This document shows, in pieces, positions 1 through 9,472 of a DNA stretch of 64,000 nt. Made by a program: the position numbers and the translations under genes. Location of the stretch: the IMG/VR virus record IMGVR_UViG_3300007734_000760, positions 95,935-159,934 of that record. One strand, written 5' to 3'. Position 1 is the stretch's first letter. Each line of letters opens with the position of its first letter. Origin of the DNA: a virus. Below the pieces are notes generated by a model. That model worked only from the letters and a program-made list of their open reading frames with translations, was not told the origin of the DNA and did no database searches.

Positions 1-545
1 CTTGGACAATTAAGTAAATCTTTTAATTTAGAATTATGATGTATGTCCTTATGTTTAATTATAAAACCCTTTGTAGGTGGTACATAATCATCTTTTGAAG
101 TACCATATCTATTATCTTCTAATATGCTATATCCACTACCTTTAGGATGTATAAAAGATTTATAATTATTTACTAATAAATCATAAGGTATAATATACCA
201 TATCTCAGCTTTTTTATAATTAGAATCTGTATGAAAATAATAATTTTTTATAAATTCTTCATTAATTATTAATGTATCAACTATATTAGATTTTCTAGTA
301 AGTGTTATATTTAATTTATTTTCACTAATATAGTTTTTTAATTTATATGATGGTAGTGTAGATAGTGATGTTAAATAAACATTTGAATTATCTTTTAATT
401 TATTATTTTTAGATTTTTCAATAATATTACATATTTTTTCTTCATAATCTTTAGATATTATATCTACAATATTACTACTATATCCCCTAGTAAATTTATT
501 TGCGCTGTTATCAACCCACAGCATTTGATATTTATTTTCTTCCAT
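1..545 (-). CDS. Hypothetical protein, partial (runs off window start)
   Basis: ATG at 545 just after the AAA ATPase stop; frame MEENKYQMLWVDNSANKF... stays open to the window edge. Confidence 0.75.
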   Translation of the reverse strand, partial: MEENKYQMLWVDNSANKFTRGYSSNIVDIISKDYEEKICNIIEKSKNNKLKDNSNVYLTSLSTLPSYKLKNYISENKLNITLTRKSNIVDTLIINEEFIKNYYFHTDSNYKKAEIWYIIPYDLLVNNYKSFIHPKGSGYSILEDNRYGTSKDDYVPPTKGFIIKHKDIHHNSKLKDLLNCP

Positions 546-547
546 AA

Positions 548-1732
548 TTATTTTGTTAAAAAGTTAATAAGAGTTTTATTTAACATTAATAATTTAAAAG
601 CAGATTGATTACCGTTGTAAATTGATTTAACCATATTGTATTTTAAATCTACAGCAAACATTTCTTCATTCATTAATAATGCTAATCTATCAATTAATTC
701 TTTTTCTATTTTATTATTTTTACTATAAAATAAGCTATAATTAATTAAACGAGTTGATAAAATTGATGCTAAATCTGCTCTATAATTTTTATCTTTACCA
801 ATAATTCCTTTTAAAGAATTTAAAACATATTCTTCACTTTTATGAGTTAACATATCTTCTGGTGATATCATTTTGTCTAATTTATTATTAATAAACATAG
901 TAAACATAGTAGTAAACTCAGAACCAACACTACCTTCTCCTATCATTTGTATTAATGATAAACTAGATTCAAACGATTTTAATGATGATATTGAATTAAA
1001 AAATGTTGTAATACTTCTTGAGTTAATATCTGTAGAAACTAATTCTGGATGTTTTAGTAAGAAATTAATACATCTACCATCTACTTGATTATTTTCAGCC
1101 CATGTTGACCAACATTTAATATCATATTTTAAATTAACAGATATAAATCGTGTTTTTTGAGCGTTATCTATACTATTAACTAAATATTCTCCATTATCTG
1201 GATTAGCAGTTAACATTATATGCCAATCTTTAGGCAGTGACCAACTAATATACTGTTGTCTATCAATTAATTCCATTACAGCTTGTATAAACCTAATATC
1301 AGCTCTATTCCAATCATCTAATAATAATATTCCTCCTTTTTCTTTACCAGCAATCCATTCAGGTGGACAATAACTCATACGATTTTGACTTGTTGTTACC
1401 CAACCTTTCTTATGAAAATCTTCTACTGCATGTTCATCAATCCATGATGTAGTTGTATCATTTTTCATTTCAAATTGACGAATTGGAAAACCTACTAAAT
1501 CACCTAATTCTTCAATTTGGGCTAAATTTAGTTTAACAAAACTTAAACCTAATTCTTTAGCTACTTGAATAACCATTGATGTTTTACCTATACCTGAATC
1601 ACCAATAATTTCTGTTGATACAGGCAACTTACCTCCTTCTTGTAAATAACGATTATTACTTACGATGTGTGATAAGAATTCTTTTGCTTCATTAATGTTT
1701 AATGAGACTTGATTTGTTGTTTTTTTAGACAT
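548..1732 (-). CDS. MoxR-like AAA+ ATPase
   Basis: Walker A GDSGIGKT, Walker B-like LLLDDWNRAD, TANP motif; adjacent to a VWA gene. Confidence 0.85.
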   Translation of the reverse strand: MSKKTTNQVSLNINEAKEFLSHIVSNNRYLQEGGKLPVSTEIIGDSGIGKTSMVIQVAKELGLSFVKLNLAQIEELGDLVGFPIRQFEMKNDTTTSWIDEHAVEDFHKKGWVTTSQNRMSYCPPEWIAGKEKGGILLLDDWNRADIRFIQAVMELIDRQQYISWSLPKDWHIMLTANPDNGEYLVNSIDNAQKTRFISVNLKYDIKCWSTWAENNQVDGRCINFLLKHPELVSTDINSRSITTFFNSISSLKSFESSLSLIQMIGEGSVGSEFTTMFTMFINNKLDKMISPEDMLTHKSEEYVLNSLKGIIGKDKNYRADLASILSTRLINYSLFYSKNNKIEKELIDRLALLMNEEMFAVDLKYNMVKSIYNGNQSAFKLLMLNKTLINFLTK

Positions 1733-1789
1733 AACTTTTATTTGTTTTTAAATTTATAAATTAAATATACGTTATAAGATAAAGGAGGC

Positions 1790-2992
1790 CTAATCTACTA
1801 TTTTAATAGTATTACCCCAACCATTTTCTTTAACTTTATCTATACTTTCACCCTTAGAACATAAAACTAATAACATTGGTTTAAGTGTATTTATTTCTTT
1901 TTGTCCAATAAATCCATCTGTTAATATAATTAAACTATTGTATTGTTTATTTTTGTTAAAATATTCAATAAATGGATTCATATCTGTGCCTCCTCTACCT
2001 GTAACTTTTTCAGGCATTTCACCACTGTATTCATAAACATTATTAATAGCAGCATCTCCTTCAGCTATAGTTATTGAAATACCTGTTTTCCACATATGAT
2101 ATATTTCTCCAAAAAATTCTATTAAATCTTTATTACTAACTGAACCAGATGTGTCTATTCCTACTAATACTCTCTTTTTTGTTTTAATTTTAAGAGCAGG
2201 ATTTTCTGAAAAACGTTTGTTTAATTTACGTCTTGTTTTTTTAGTGTAAATTTTATTTGATGAACCAAAAAATCTTCTAAAATATGATTTCCAATCATAT
2301 GATGGTTCTTTTATTTCAAATAAAGTATCAATATAACTTTGTAACTCCGATGGCACAAATCCTCTATCTTTATTTTGAGATTCAATAATTGATTTAATTT
2401 GATGATCAACTTGTGCTTTAATTAATTTTTTATCAGCTTCAGATAAACTGTCAAACTCTTTCCATGTTGGATGTAAACCATTTTTATCTCCACTACCTCC
2501 TCCATCACATTCTAAACTAGCTAATAAAGCATTTAAAGTTGGACTTGTATTATTTTGTTTTGCTTGTTGCAGCAATTCATAATATTTTTTAGTACCAGCT
2601 TTTAAAGGTAATTTAAGTTCTGGAAAAGTACTTGGTAGTAAAATATCAGGTGTTGGATAATAATCAGGAGTTAAATATTGATTTATTTCTACATCCGCTG
2701 CTATATTATGTAATTCATGATCTGAGTAGTTATCTCTTTCGTTTAAATGATGAAAACATATATGGAGTAATTCATGTTTAAGTAAACCAATTTTTTTCTT
2801 ATCAGTATCTAAACCGCTCCAAAATTCTTCATTAACTATCAATTGATAATTAATTCCGTTTTTACATACTCCAGCTGTGGGTACATCATTTCCAATTTTT
2901 TTATTTAATGTTGATAAAAATACACCATAAAATGGTTCACTTAACATTAATTGTTTTCCTATTTTTGATAGGTCATTATATGTATCTTGCAT
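1790..2992 (-). CDS. Metallopeptidase-like plus VWA domain protein (DUF2201-type MoxR partner)
   Basis: HELLH (HExxH), MIDAS DTSGS, GRGGTD and TDG motifs. Confidence 0.85.
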   Translation of the reverse strand: MQDTYNDLSKIGKQLMLSEPFYGVFLSTLNKKIGNDVPTAGVCKNGINYQLIVNEEFWSGLDTDKKKIGLLKHELLHICFHHLNERDNYSDHELHNIAADVEINQYLTPDYYPTPDILLPSTFPELKLPLKAGTKKYYELLQQAKQNNTSPTLNALLASLECDGGGSGDKNGLHPTWKEFDSLSEADKKLIKAQVDHQIKSIIESQNKDRGFVPSELQSYIDTLFEIKEPSYDWKSYFRRFFGSSNKIYTKKTRRKLNKRFSENPALKIKTKKRVLVGIDTSGSVSNKDLIEFFGEIYHMWKTGISITIAEGDAAINNVYEYSGEMPEKVTGRGGTDMNPFIEYFNKNKQYNSLIILTDGFIGQKEINTLKPMLLVLCSKGESIDKVKENGWGNTIKIVD

Positions 2993-3071
2993 AACTTTTT
3001 TTTAATTTAATATAAAAATAAAAAAGACTTCCTTGGAAGCCTAATTAATTCTATAAATCTTTTATGTTAAT

Positions 3072-3482
3072 CTATTTAAAAATATCATCTTCTAAATCCT
3101 TTAGACTATCAAAAAAATTATTTTTTGATACTCTTTGTTTAGAAAAAGGTGTAAAAGCATTATTTTCTCCTCTTCCTCCTTTAGCAATAATTCCAGATTT
3201 TATTAAACTGTTAATTTTAGGTCTAAGAACGGTGACATAAGATTGCGCGTTTTTATTTTGAAGTTTACTAATATTTTGAATTAAAGCATCAGCAATTTGA
3301 ATAGAATCTAATCCTTTATCTCCTGCTTTTTCTAAAGCATTAATCATTTCTACTATTTCAGGTGTATTAGCATGTAATGTTTTAAGACGTTTAGCTTTTT
3401 CTTTATCAGTAATAATTATATTATCACCAAAACGACCTTGTTTAGCTTCAGCAAGAATTTTTTGAATAAATTTATTTTCCAT
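3072..3482 (-). CDS. Hypothetical protein with leader ending ILAE
   Basis: ORF track; ATATTTATA motif 14 nt upstream. Confidence 0.7.
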   Translation of the reverse strand: MENKFIQKILAEAKQGRFGDNIIITDKEKAKRLKTLHANTPEIVEMINALEKAGDKGLDSIQIADALIQNISKLQNKNAQSYVTVLRPKINSLIKSGIIAKGGRGENNAFTPFSKQRVSKNNFFDSLKDLEDDIFK

Positions 3483-3504
3483 ACATTATGTTTATATATA
3501 AATA

Positions 3505-4281
3505 TTATAAAAGTAAAGACTCTGCTACATAAATTCCATGTGCTCCACTAACAGTAATACCACGAGCACTTAAAGCATCTCCTACAAAATGTACATTTGG
3601 ATAGTCATTTAATGATAAATTATTATAATTTACTAGTGGTTCAGGACTTAAATACTTGACCTCGGGCATATATACGCCCCAATCATCTCCCATTTCAGGA
3701 AATACAATTTGCATTTCTGTAATAAAATCTTCAATATATTGAGCATATTCTTCACCTAATGCTTCAAATAAAGAATCCATTGTATCTACTTGAATTGCTG
3801 ATACTGTATTGCCTTCAGATGTTAAAGCTGGTTTACGAGTACGATTAGGTGAATAATAAGTGCCAGTACCATCAATTTGTAATTTTTTAACTACTTCTCT
3901 ACTCCATTTAAATGGATCTTCAATACCTTTGATTTCCATTAAAATACCAAAATTAGTCATATCATTTCTAAATTGTTCACCTTTTTTAGCATGACCATTG
4001 TAAGTAACATCACCATATGTTTCTTCAACAGCTACATATGCTGCGTTATTATTTGTACAAAATGAACGTAATGATACTTTATCAAATTTCTTATATAATT
4101 TAAAATCGTAACTTACATCAATTAATTTCTGGAAATATTTTTGTGGTGCTTCAAAACGGACCCCCAATTGCACACTCTTGCTTTCAGTAGGTAAATCATA
4201 TTTTTGAGCTAATTTAGCTGAGAAATCAATTCCAGCTTTTCCTGTACCTACAATACATTTATCAAATTTTATTTTTCTCAT
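3505..4281 (-). CDS. FAD-dependent oxidoreductase, C-terminal half of a split gene
   Basis: IVGTGKAG, GVRFE, RSFCTN and FVGDALSARGI motifs of the COG2509-like family; ATG at 4281 directly after the endonuclease stop. Confidence 0.8.
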   Translation of the reverse strand: MRKIKFDKCIVGTGKAGIDFSAKLAQKYDLPTESKSVQLGVRFEAPQKYFQKLIDVSYDFKLYKKFDKVSLRSFCTNNNAAYVAVEETYGDVTYNGHAKKGEQFRNDMTNFGILMEIKGIEDPFKWSREVVKKLQIDGTGTYYSPNRTRKPALTSEGNTVSAIQVDTMDSLFEALGEEYAQYIEDFITEMQIVFPEMGDDWGVYMPEVKYLSPEPLVNYNNLSLNDYPNVHFVGDALSARGITVSGAHGIYVAESLLL

Positions 4282-4282
4282 A

Positions 4283-4975
4283 TTACTTGTTTTTATATTT
4301 CCATTTATAACCAAATGCTGTTTTTATTTTACCTTTACAAGCTAAATTTATACAACCATTTGTAATTTTCTTATTTAAAGATAAGTAAGCTTCTGAAATA
4401 GAAGACCATTCTTTAATAAAATTATCTTGTAAATCATATTGAAGAATAGATTTATTCATAACCCCCATCATAGATTTACTTTTCTTTTCACAACTCTCCT
4501 TACTCATCTTTTTACCTTTATTAGGTGATATATGGCCTTTTAACCCTTCAGATATTTTTCTTTTAGATTCTTCAGAGTGTTTCATTCCTGTAGTACCAGC
4601 TTTAACACCACATTCTGCTATATTAGCTAATATATAACCTTTATTTCTTAAATCCAATTCTATTTCTCTTTCTTTTAATAATGCCTCTTCTTCACTTAAT
4701 CCTTCAAATAATATTTTAGATTCAAATACACCATTATTTTTATTTACAATATTATGCCAGTATTGGTTTCTACCATATTTTGATTTATCTCGTTTAGGTA
4801 TTCCTTTTCCAACATAAAATGGTTCATTTATATCAGGTCGTATATGAATATAAACTATAAAATTATTGTTTTGTTTTTTTCTCGTGATATTTTTGTTTAA
4901 GTTTTTCATCGATTTTTTCTTTATTAGACCAGTAATATTTCTTACTATATTCTCGTTGTTTAAGAATACGTTCAT
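4283..4975 (-). CDS. GIY-YIG-like homing endonuclease with NUMOD3 and NUMOD1 motifs (start uncertain)
   Basis: IVYIH...FYVGKG; HSEESKRKIS; ILQYDLQDNFIKEW...TAFGYKWKY. Confidence 0.8.
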   Translation of the reverse strand: MNVFLNNENIVRNITGLIKKKSMKNLNKNITRKKQNNNFIVYIHIRPDINEPFYVGKGIPKRDKSKYGRNQYWHNIVNKNNGVFESKILFEGLSEEEALLKEREIELDLRNKGYILANIAECGVKAGTTGMKHSEESKRKISEGLKGHISPNKGKKMSKESCEKKSKSMMGVMNKSILQYDLQDNFIKEWSSISEAYLSLNKKITNGCINLACKGKIKTAFGYKWKYKNK

Positions 4976-5006
4976 CTTCTGTTTGGTATTTTTTGATACG
5001 TCCCAT
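4863..5006 (-). CDS. Small basic protein (47 aa) overlapping the endonuclease 5' end
   Basis: MGRIKKYQTEDERILKQREYSKKYYWSNKEKIDEKLKQKYHEKKTKQ*; ATATTTATA motif 4 nt upstream. Confidence 0.6.
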   Translation of the reverse strand: MGRIKKYQTEDERILKQREYSKKYYWSNKEKIDEKLKQKYHEKKTKQ

Positions 5007-5038
5007 CGATTATAAATATTACAGATCTAAGAAAAAAT

Positions 5039-5365
5039 CTAAGAAAGTGCCTCTATTTTTGATTTTAAACTTTCTAAATTATCAAAAGGTTTTACTTTAG
5101 ATAAATCCCACCCTAATTCACCTGCAGATTTTGTATCTCCTGTTGAATTCTTCATAATGATATAATCATCTAAATCTTCTCCTAATTCATTTTCTAATGA
5201 GTATAATACTGATTTTAATCTATCAATAGGTAAAGAAGTATAAATAGGTTCAGTACTTAAATAAATACTATAGTTATTTATATGGCTTGGGTGGGTAAAT
5301 TTATTTTCACTTAATACTTTATTAATTTCCTCTTTAATAATTTGTTGTAATTCAGATTTTTTCAT
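5039..5365 (-). CDS. Leader-tagged hypothetical (putative internal head protein)
   Basis: N-terminus MKKSELQQIIKEEINKVLSE resembles other proteins in the window. Confidence 0.7.
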   Translation of the reverse strand: MKKSELQQIIKEEINKVLSENKFTHPSHINNYSIYLSTEPIYTSLPIDRLKSVLYSLENELGEDLDDYIIMKNSTGDTKSAGELGWDLSKVKPFDNLESLKSKIEALS

Positions 5366-5386
5366 GTTTATGTTTTGATATAAATA

Positions 5387-5905
5387 TTAGTCTTTTAATA
5401 TTATCTCACCAGTTTCAAAATCAATATCAGTAACTTCCGTATTCCAAATGAAGTTAACTCCTTTATCAATTAAATATGAATACCAAGCCTTAGCAATCTC
5501 ATGTAAATAGTTTGAGCCAATGTGCCATACTGGGAATAAACGTAAACCAAAATATGGTTTAATAAATTCAGGTTCTTTTTGTGGATCAGAACAGAATATT
5601 TCTTCTGGTTTAGGATGAAAACGAGTAAAGTTATCTACTACTTGTTTCATTAATTCCATTGCTTTATCTTCACCACAATATTTTGCTAATTGACCTCCAA
5701 TTTCAGTATGGTAAGTTAATTTACCATCACTCCAACCACCAGCACCTAACATACCTTCCATTACCTCTTCAGGTTTGCGGTTATATGGATCTTGTCCTTT
5801 ATCTATGATTGTGATTAGATCTCCAGGATATCCATTATCTACTAATTTAGTAGCAGCGTTAATACCTGCTACTCCTGCTCCAATAATTACAATTTTTTTA
5901 TTCAT
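5387..5905 (-). CDS. FAD-dependent oxidoreductase, N-terminal half of a split gene
   Basis: Rossmann VIIGAGVAG, GMLGAGGWSDGKL; ends at TDIDFETGEIILKD*. Confidence 0.85.
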   Translation of the reverse strand: MNKKIVIIGAGVAGINAATKLVDNGYPGDLITIIDKGQDPYNRKPEEVMEGMLGAGGWSDGKLTYHTEIGGQLAKYCGEDKAMELMKQVVDNFTRFHPKPEEIFCSDPQKEPEFIKPYFGLRLFPVWHIGSNYLHEIAKAWYSYLIDKGVNFIWNTEVTDIDFETGEIILKD

Positions 5906-5943
5906 ATTTTAAATATATAATCTTTTATCTAAGAAGCCAAAAT

Positions 5944-6018
5944 AAAAGTGGCATCCTTTTTAGGACGCCACAGCTGTCATATTTTATCTCTTTTGAGCGA
6001 CCGGCTATGAATCGGTCT
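5944..6018 (-). ncRNA. Candidate pseudoknot RNA plus intrinsic terminator, copy 1
   Basis: Stem GACCG/CGGTC with loop ATTCATAGC, downstream GCTGTGG, then hairpin GTGGCGTCCT/AGGATGCCAC-TTTT. Confidence 0.55.
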
Positions 6019-6086
6019 GCATTTTTAATTAATATTTAATTCCTAAAAACTTAGCTAGTTTATCAAATTGATCATAATCCATCCAA

Positions 6087-6299
6087 TCAACCCATAATAC
6101 TATTTCTCCTTTTTTTATTCATTACAAAATTTTTAGGTGTAATAAAATCTTGTAATTCAGGGTTATCTAATATAGCATCTTTAGTACTATTATTCATTAT
6201 GATTTTATCTTCTTGATAATCAAATTCTTGATTTTCATTAATCAAACCCGCCAATTTCTGCATGCGTTTAAATTCTTCAGATAATAATTGTTTTTTCAT
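6087..6299 (-). CDS. Leader-tagged hypothetical (MQKLAG motif), possibly frameshifted
   Basis: MKKQLLSEEFKRMQKLAGLINE; removing one A from an A7 run extends the frame to 6029. Confidence 0.65.
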   Translation of the reverse strand: MKKQLLSEEFKRMQKLAGLINENQEFDYQEDKIIMNNSTKDAILDNPELQDFITPKNFVMNKKRRNSIMG

Positions 6300-6325
6300 T
6301 ATGTATTAGTTATATATTATACATA

Positions 6326-6796
6326 TTACATAACCCACTCAGGTTTATTATTTAATTTTTTCCAATCTAATTTTTTAATTTTTATTTTATCATTAATATA
6401 AAAATTCTTATATGCTTCTATAGTATTTTCTTTTTTAAATTCTTCGGGCATACATTGTGGAGGTTCTATAAATCCATTATCAGGTAAAATAGGCTCATTT
6501 TGTTCTAACCATTGTAATACAGTTTTAGTAGCATGTGATTTACCGTAACGTTTTTCAAATTCATTACAAATTTCTAAACCATGTTTAACTAACCATCTAT
6601 AATGATGTATGGATTGTCTTACCCAAATGGTTGATGGATGGTTTTTATGAGCTCGTTTATATGGAGCTTCTCCACCTGTTTCCCAATGGGCTGTACAACA
6701 CATTTGTGCAGATTCTATTTGCATTTTACGAATATGATCGTCTGCTAGTTGTTGTGCAGCAATAGTAGGATTTTCATTAATATAAAATATATTCAT
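6326..6796 (-). CDS. Pyrimidine-dimer DNA glycosylase (DenV-like) family protein
   Basis: MNIFY...AAQQLADDHIRKMQIESAQM, HKNHPSTIW, PPQCMP motifs. Confidence 0.75.
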   Translation of the reverse strand: MNIFYINENPTIAAQQLADDHIRKMQIESAQMCCTAHWETGGEAPYKRAHKNHPSTIWVRQSIHHYRWLVKHGLEICNEFEKRYGKSHATKTVLQWLEQNEPILPDNGFIEPPQCMPEEFKKENTIEAYKNFYINDKIKIKKLDWKKLNNKPEWVM

Positions 6797-6833
6797 ACTT
6801 TAAATATAAAAACTGTTTTTTTGTAAGCCAAAT

Positions 6834-6907
6834 AAAGAAAGCCCAATCTTTTAATTGGGCCACTACTCCATTAATTTGTTTAAACGAACATGTAATGAAT
6901 ATGTTCT
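6834..6907 (-). ncRNA. Candidate pseudoknot RNA plus intrinsic terminator, copy 2
   Basis: Stem GAACAT/ATGTTC with loop ATTCATTAC, downstream GTAGTGG, then hairpin GCCCAAT/ATTGGGC-TTTCTTT. Confidence 0.55.
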
Positions 6908-6912
6908 ATAAG

Positions 6913-7407
6913 TTAAAATTGACCTCTATATTCTTCCATTTTTGTAATCCATGAACTATTAAACATATCACCATTATTGTATAAATAATTATAAAATTTA
7001 AAATCATCAGGATCATCATCAGGAAAAGGAAATTTTACTAATCCATTTTCTAATCCAAATTTAAGTAAAAAAGTATTTGCTACTCTATTGTAGTAATCAT
7101 TAGTAGGCTCTTTATCTACTAAATCACCTAATTCTTCTGTATGGCCATCATATTCAGCTAAATCAAAAGCTAGATTATTTGTAAGATCACTATCTAGATT
7201 ATTTAAAAATTTACTCTCAATAAATATATCGTTACTTAATCTATTTGTCTGATATCCATAAAAGGACGATTTGTTTTTTTGAATTCCTATATCATAATCA
7301 TTTACATAGTCAGCTATTATAGGCTTAACATCATTATACATGTTAGATAGTGATTTAAAAGGCTTAAACACCTTAATTTCTTTTAATATGTTGATTAGTT
7401 TAATCAT
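6913..7407 (-). CDS. Leader-tagged acidic protein, tandem paralog A
   Basis: MIKLINILKEIKVFKP ... NNLAFDLAEYDG ... YRGQF*. Confidence 0.8.
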   Translation of the reverse strand: MIKLINILKEIKVFKPFKSLSNMYNDVKPIIADYVNDYDIGIQKNKSSFYGYQTNRLSNDIFIESKFLNNLDSDLTNNLAFDLAEYDGHTEELGDLVDKEPTNDYYNRVANTFLLKFGLENGLVKFPFPDDDPDDFKFYNYLYNNGDMFNSSWITKMEEYRGQF

Positions 7408-7409
7408 TT

Positions 7410-7877
7410 TTAAAATTGACCTCTATATTTTTCTAATTCTTTAAGATGTAGATTGTTAAGTATGTCACCACCATTGTATGTACTACTTAATTCTTCTTCT
7501 TCAAATCCAGCATGAAATGGAAATTTTAATACTCCAATTTCTAATGCATATTTAAGTAAAAAAGCATTTGCTAACACATTATAATAAATCATTACATTTT
7601 CATTATTAGTAAAATCAGTATAATCTCCGGTAAATCCATCGTACTCAGCTAAATCATAAGCTAAGTTATTGCTTAAGTCTCCATCTTCAAATTCACCTGT
7701 AAAATCATAATAATAAACCGGGTGATCACCATTATTATCTATCTCTATATTACCTACTACTTCACATATATTCATATATACAGCCATTATAGGTTTTATA
7801 TCTTCATACATGTTAGATATTGGTCTTAAATGTTTAAACACCTTAATTTCTTTTAATATGTTGATTAGTTTAATCAT
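7410..7877 (-). CDS. Leader-tagged acidic protein, tandem paralog B
   Basis: MIKLINILKEIKVFKH ... NNLAYDLAEYDG ... YRGQF*. Confidence 0.8.
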   Translation of the reverse strand: MIKLINILKEIKVFKHLRPISNMYEDIKPIMAVYMNICEVVGNIEIDNNGDHPVYYYDFTGEFEDGDLSNNLAYDLAEYDGFTGDYTDFTNNENVMIYYNVLANAFLLKYALEIGVLKFPFHAGFEEEELSSTYNGGDILNNLHLKELEKYRGQF

Positions 7878-7879
7878 AA

Positions 7880-8452
7880 TTAATTTTTTGTTGAATAATT
7901 AGTATTCCCACTAGCTTTATTTTTTAAAAACATTAATTGTCTGTCTGTAGCTGTATTTTTATTTTTTTCAATGTCAGCAATTACTTTTTTAGAATAATCA
8001 TCATGTAAAAGCTGTTTATAATATTGAAGATTAATAATAGGTTTACGTTTTTCTTCTCCTAAAGTTTTTGACTCATAAGTTCCTGATGCTACCCGATATG
8101 GATTAGGAAATGTAAAATTATCATTTTTACTTAAATGACCTTTTAATGGAAAATATTTTTTACTATTAATAGTAACTCCAGATCCTAAATTTATAGATTT
8201 TTTTATAGCTGACAAAATTGCTCTCGCCATATTTTCTTTTCCAGTTTCTATGTCTACAAACTCTTGTTTAAATTTAGAATTTGTTACATTCTTATTTAAA
8301 TCATCAACAATAGAAGCTGGTAAGTATAGTACTACTGTGTCCTCTTTATTGGTTTTAATAGCTCCTTTAGCTTTAATAAAATCAAATTGTTTTGGAGTAA
8401 GTTGATAATCAGTAATTACTATTTCTTTTAGTAAATTGGTAAGTTTAATCAT
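7880..8452 (-). CDS. Leader-tagged hypothetical protein
   Basis: MIKLTNLLKE leader. Confidence 0.75.
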   Translation of the reverse strand: MIKLTNLLKEIVITDYQLTPKQFDFIKAKGAIKTNKEDTVVLYLPASIVDDLNKNVTNSKFKQEFVDIETGKENMARAILSAIKKSINLGSGVTINSKKYFPLKGHLSKNDNFTFPNPYRVASGTYESKTLGEEKRKPIINLQYYKQLLHDDYSKKVIADIEKNKNTATDRQLMFLKNKASGNTNYSTKN

Positions 8453-8455
8453 TAC

Positions 8456-9472
8456 TTAAAAATCAAAAGTTTTAGTTTTATGTTTTCTAATTAATGCATC
8501 TAAAGAAGTTATCATTTCTGCTTTTGAAGCTTCATTGTTAGTAATTTCTTCTATATATGTTAATAAAGCATCAAATAATTTTACTAATTCAGGCACAGTG
8601 TCTATATTTTTTATATTTGATGCTTTAGTTTTAATCATAGCCATTATTGCATCTACATTTAAATCTTTTTCAGAAACAGTTACACCTCCTACAGTTGAAG
8701 AATTAGACTTTTTTGGAGTAGGATTTTGTGTAGCTTCATTGTACTGCTCTTCAGTAATAATACCAGCTAATTTTTGCATATGAAGTACTTCATATATATT
8801 CATATCTTCTTCCATATGACTTCTAGGTCCATATCCACCTGCTGGGTCTGTATTGTCTGGTCCAAAATCAAATTCTGCTTTTTTATCTTCTTCATCTTCA
8901 TACTTTAATTTTGAGGGTAAATTTTGAGCAAAGTCACTAAATGTTTTTCCGTATTTAGTTAAAAATCTATCTGATGTTATCTTATATAATTTATTATCAG
9001 CATTAGAGTCCTTTAAATCTTCATCATTATATCCTAAATCTTCCATAACTTCATCTTCAATTTCTCTCCAAGCATCATTTACATCTTCTTGATCAATAAA
9101 ATAGGTTTTACCAATTGGGCTATTTTCATTTAATGATGTTTCATCAATAATTTCTTCTTTTTCAGTATCTTTTACTTTTTCACTTTTACCATCTTTTGAT
9201 TTAAGTTTTTCTAATTGTTTTTGATATTTAGTTAAACTTTTTTTCAATACTTTAATTTCAGAAGCAAGTTCTTTCATTTTACTTTTATCAATCATGTCAT
9301 GATATGCTTCATCGATACCTTCCATATTCATTTTTCTCTCACGTGTGGTAATAGCATCACCTATCGCGTTAATTTTAGCTTCACAAGCTGCATTTTCACC
9401 AGCGTGATCAATTTCACTAATATAGTTTTGGATTGATTCTCTGATTAATTGTATTAAGTTTTGATTGTTCAT
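8456..9472 (-). CDS. Acidic coiled-coil protein, putative head/scaffold-associated
   Basis: LIRESI...ISE leader, internal SLNE and MQKLAGIITEE motifs. Confidence 0.7.
   Translation of the reverse strand: MNNQNLIQLIRESIQNYISEIDHAGENAACEAKINAIGDAITTRERKMNMEGIDEAYHDMIDKSKMKELASEIKVLKKSLTKYQKQLEKLKSKDGKSEKVKDTEKEEIIDETSLNENSPIGKTYFIDQEDVNDAWREIEDEVMEDLGYNDEDLKDSNADNKLYKITSDRFLTKYGKTFSDFAQNLPSKLKYEDEEDKKAEFDFGPDNTDPAGGYGPRSHMEEDMNIYEVLHMQKLAGIITEEQYNEATQNPTPKKSNSSTVGGVTVSEKDLNVDAIMAMIKTKASNIKNIDTVPELVKLFDALLTYIEEITNNEASKAEMITSLDALIRKHKTKTFDF

Noticed and set aside
4282-5386. Group I intron or intein in the FAD oxidoreductase
   Set aside because: The insert is almost fully coding with no room for a catalytic core, the N-half has a stop codon, and no intein termini are seen
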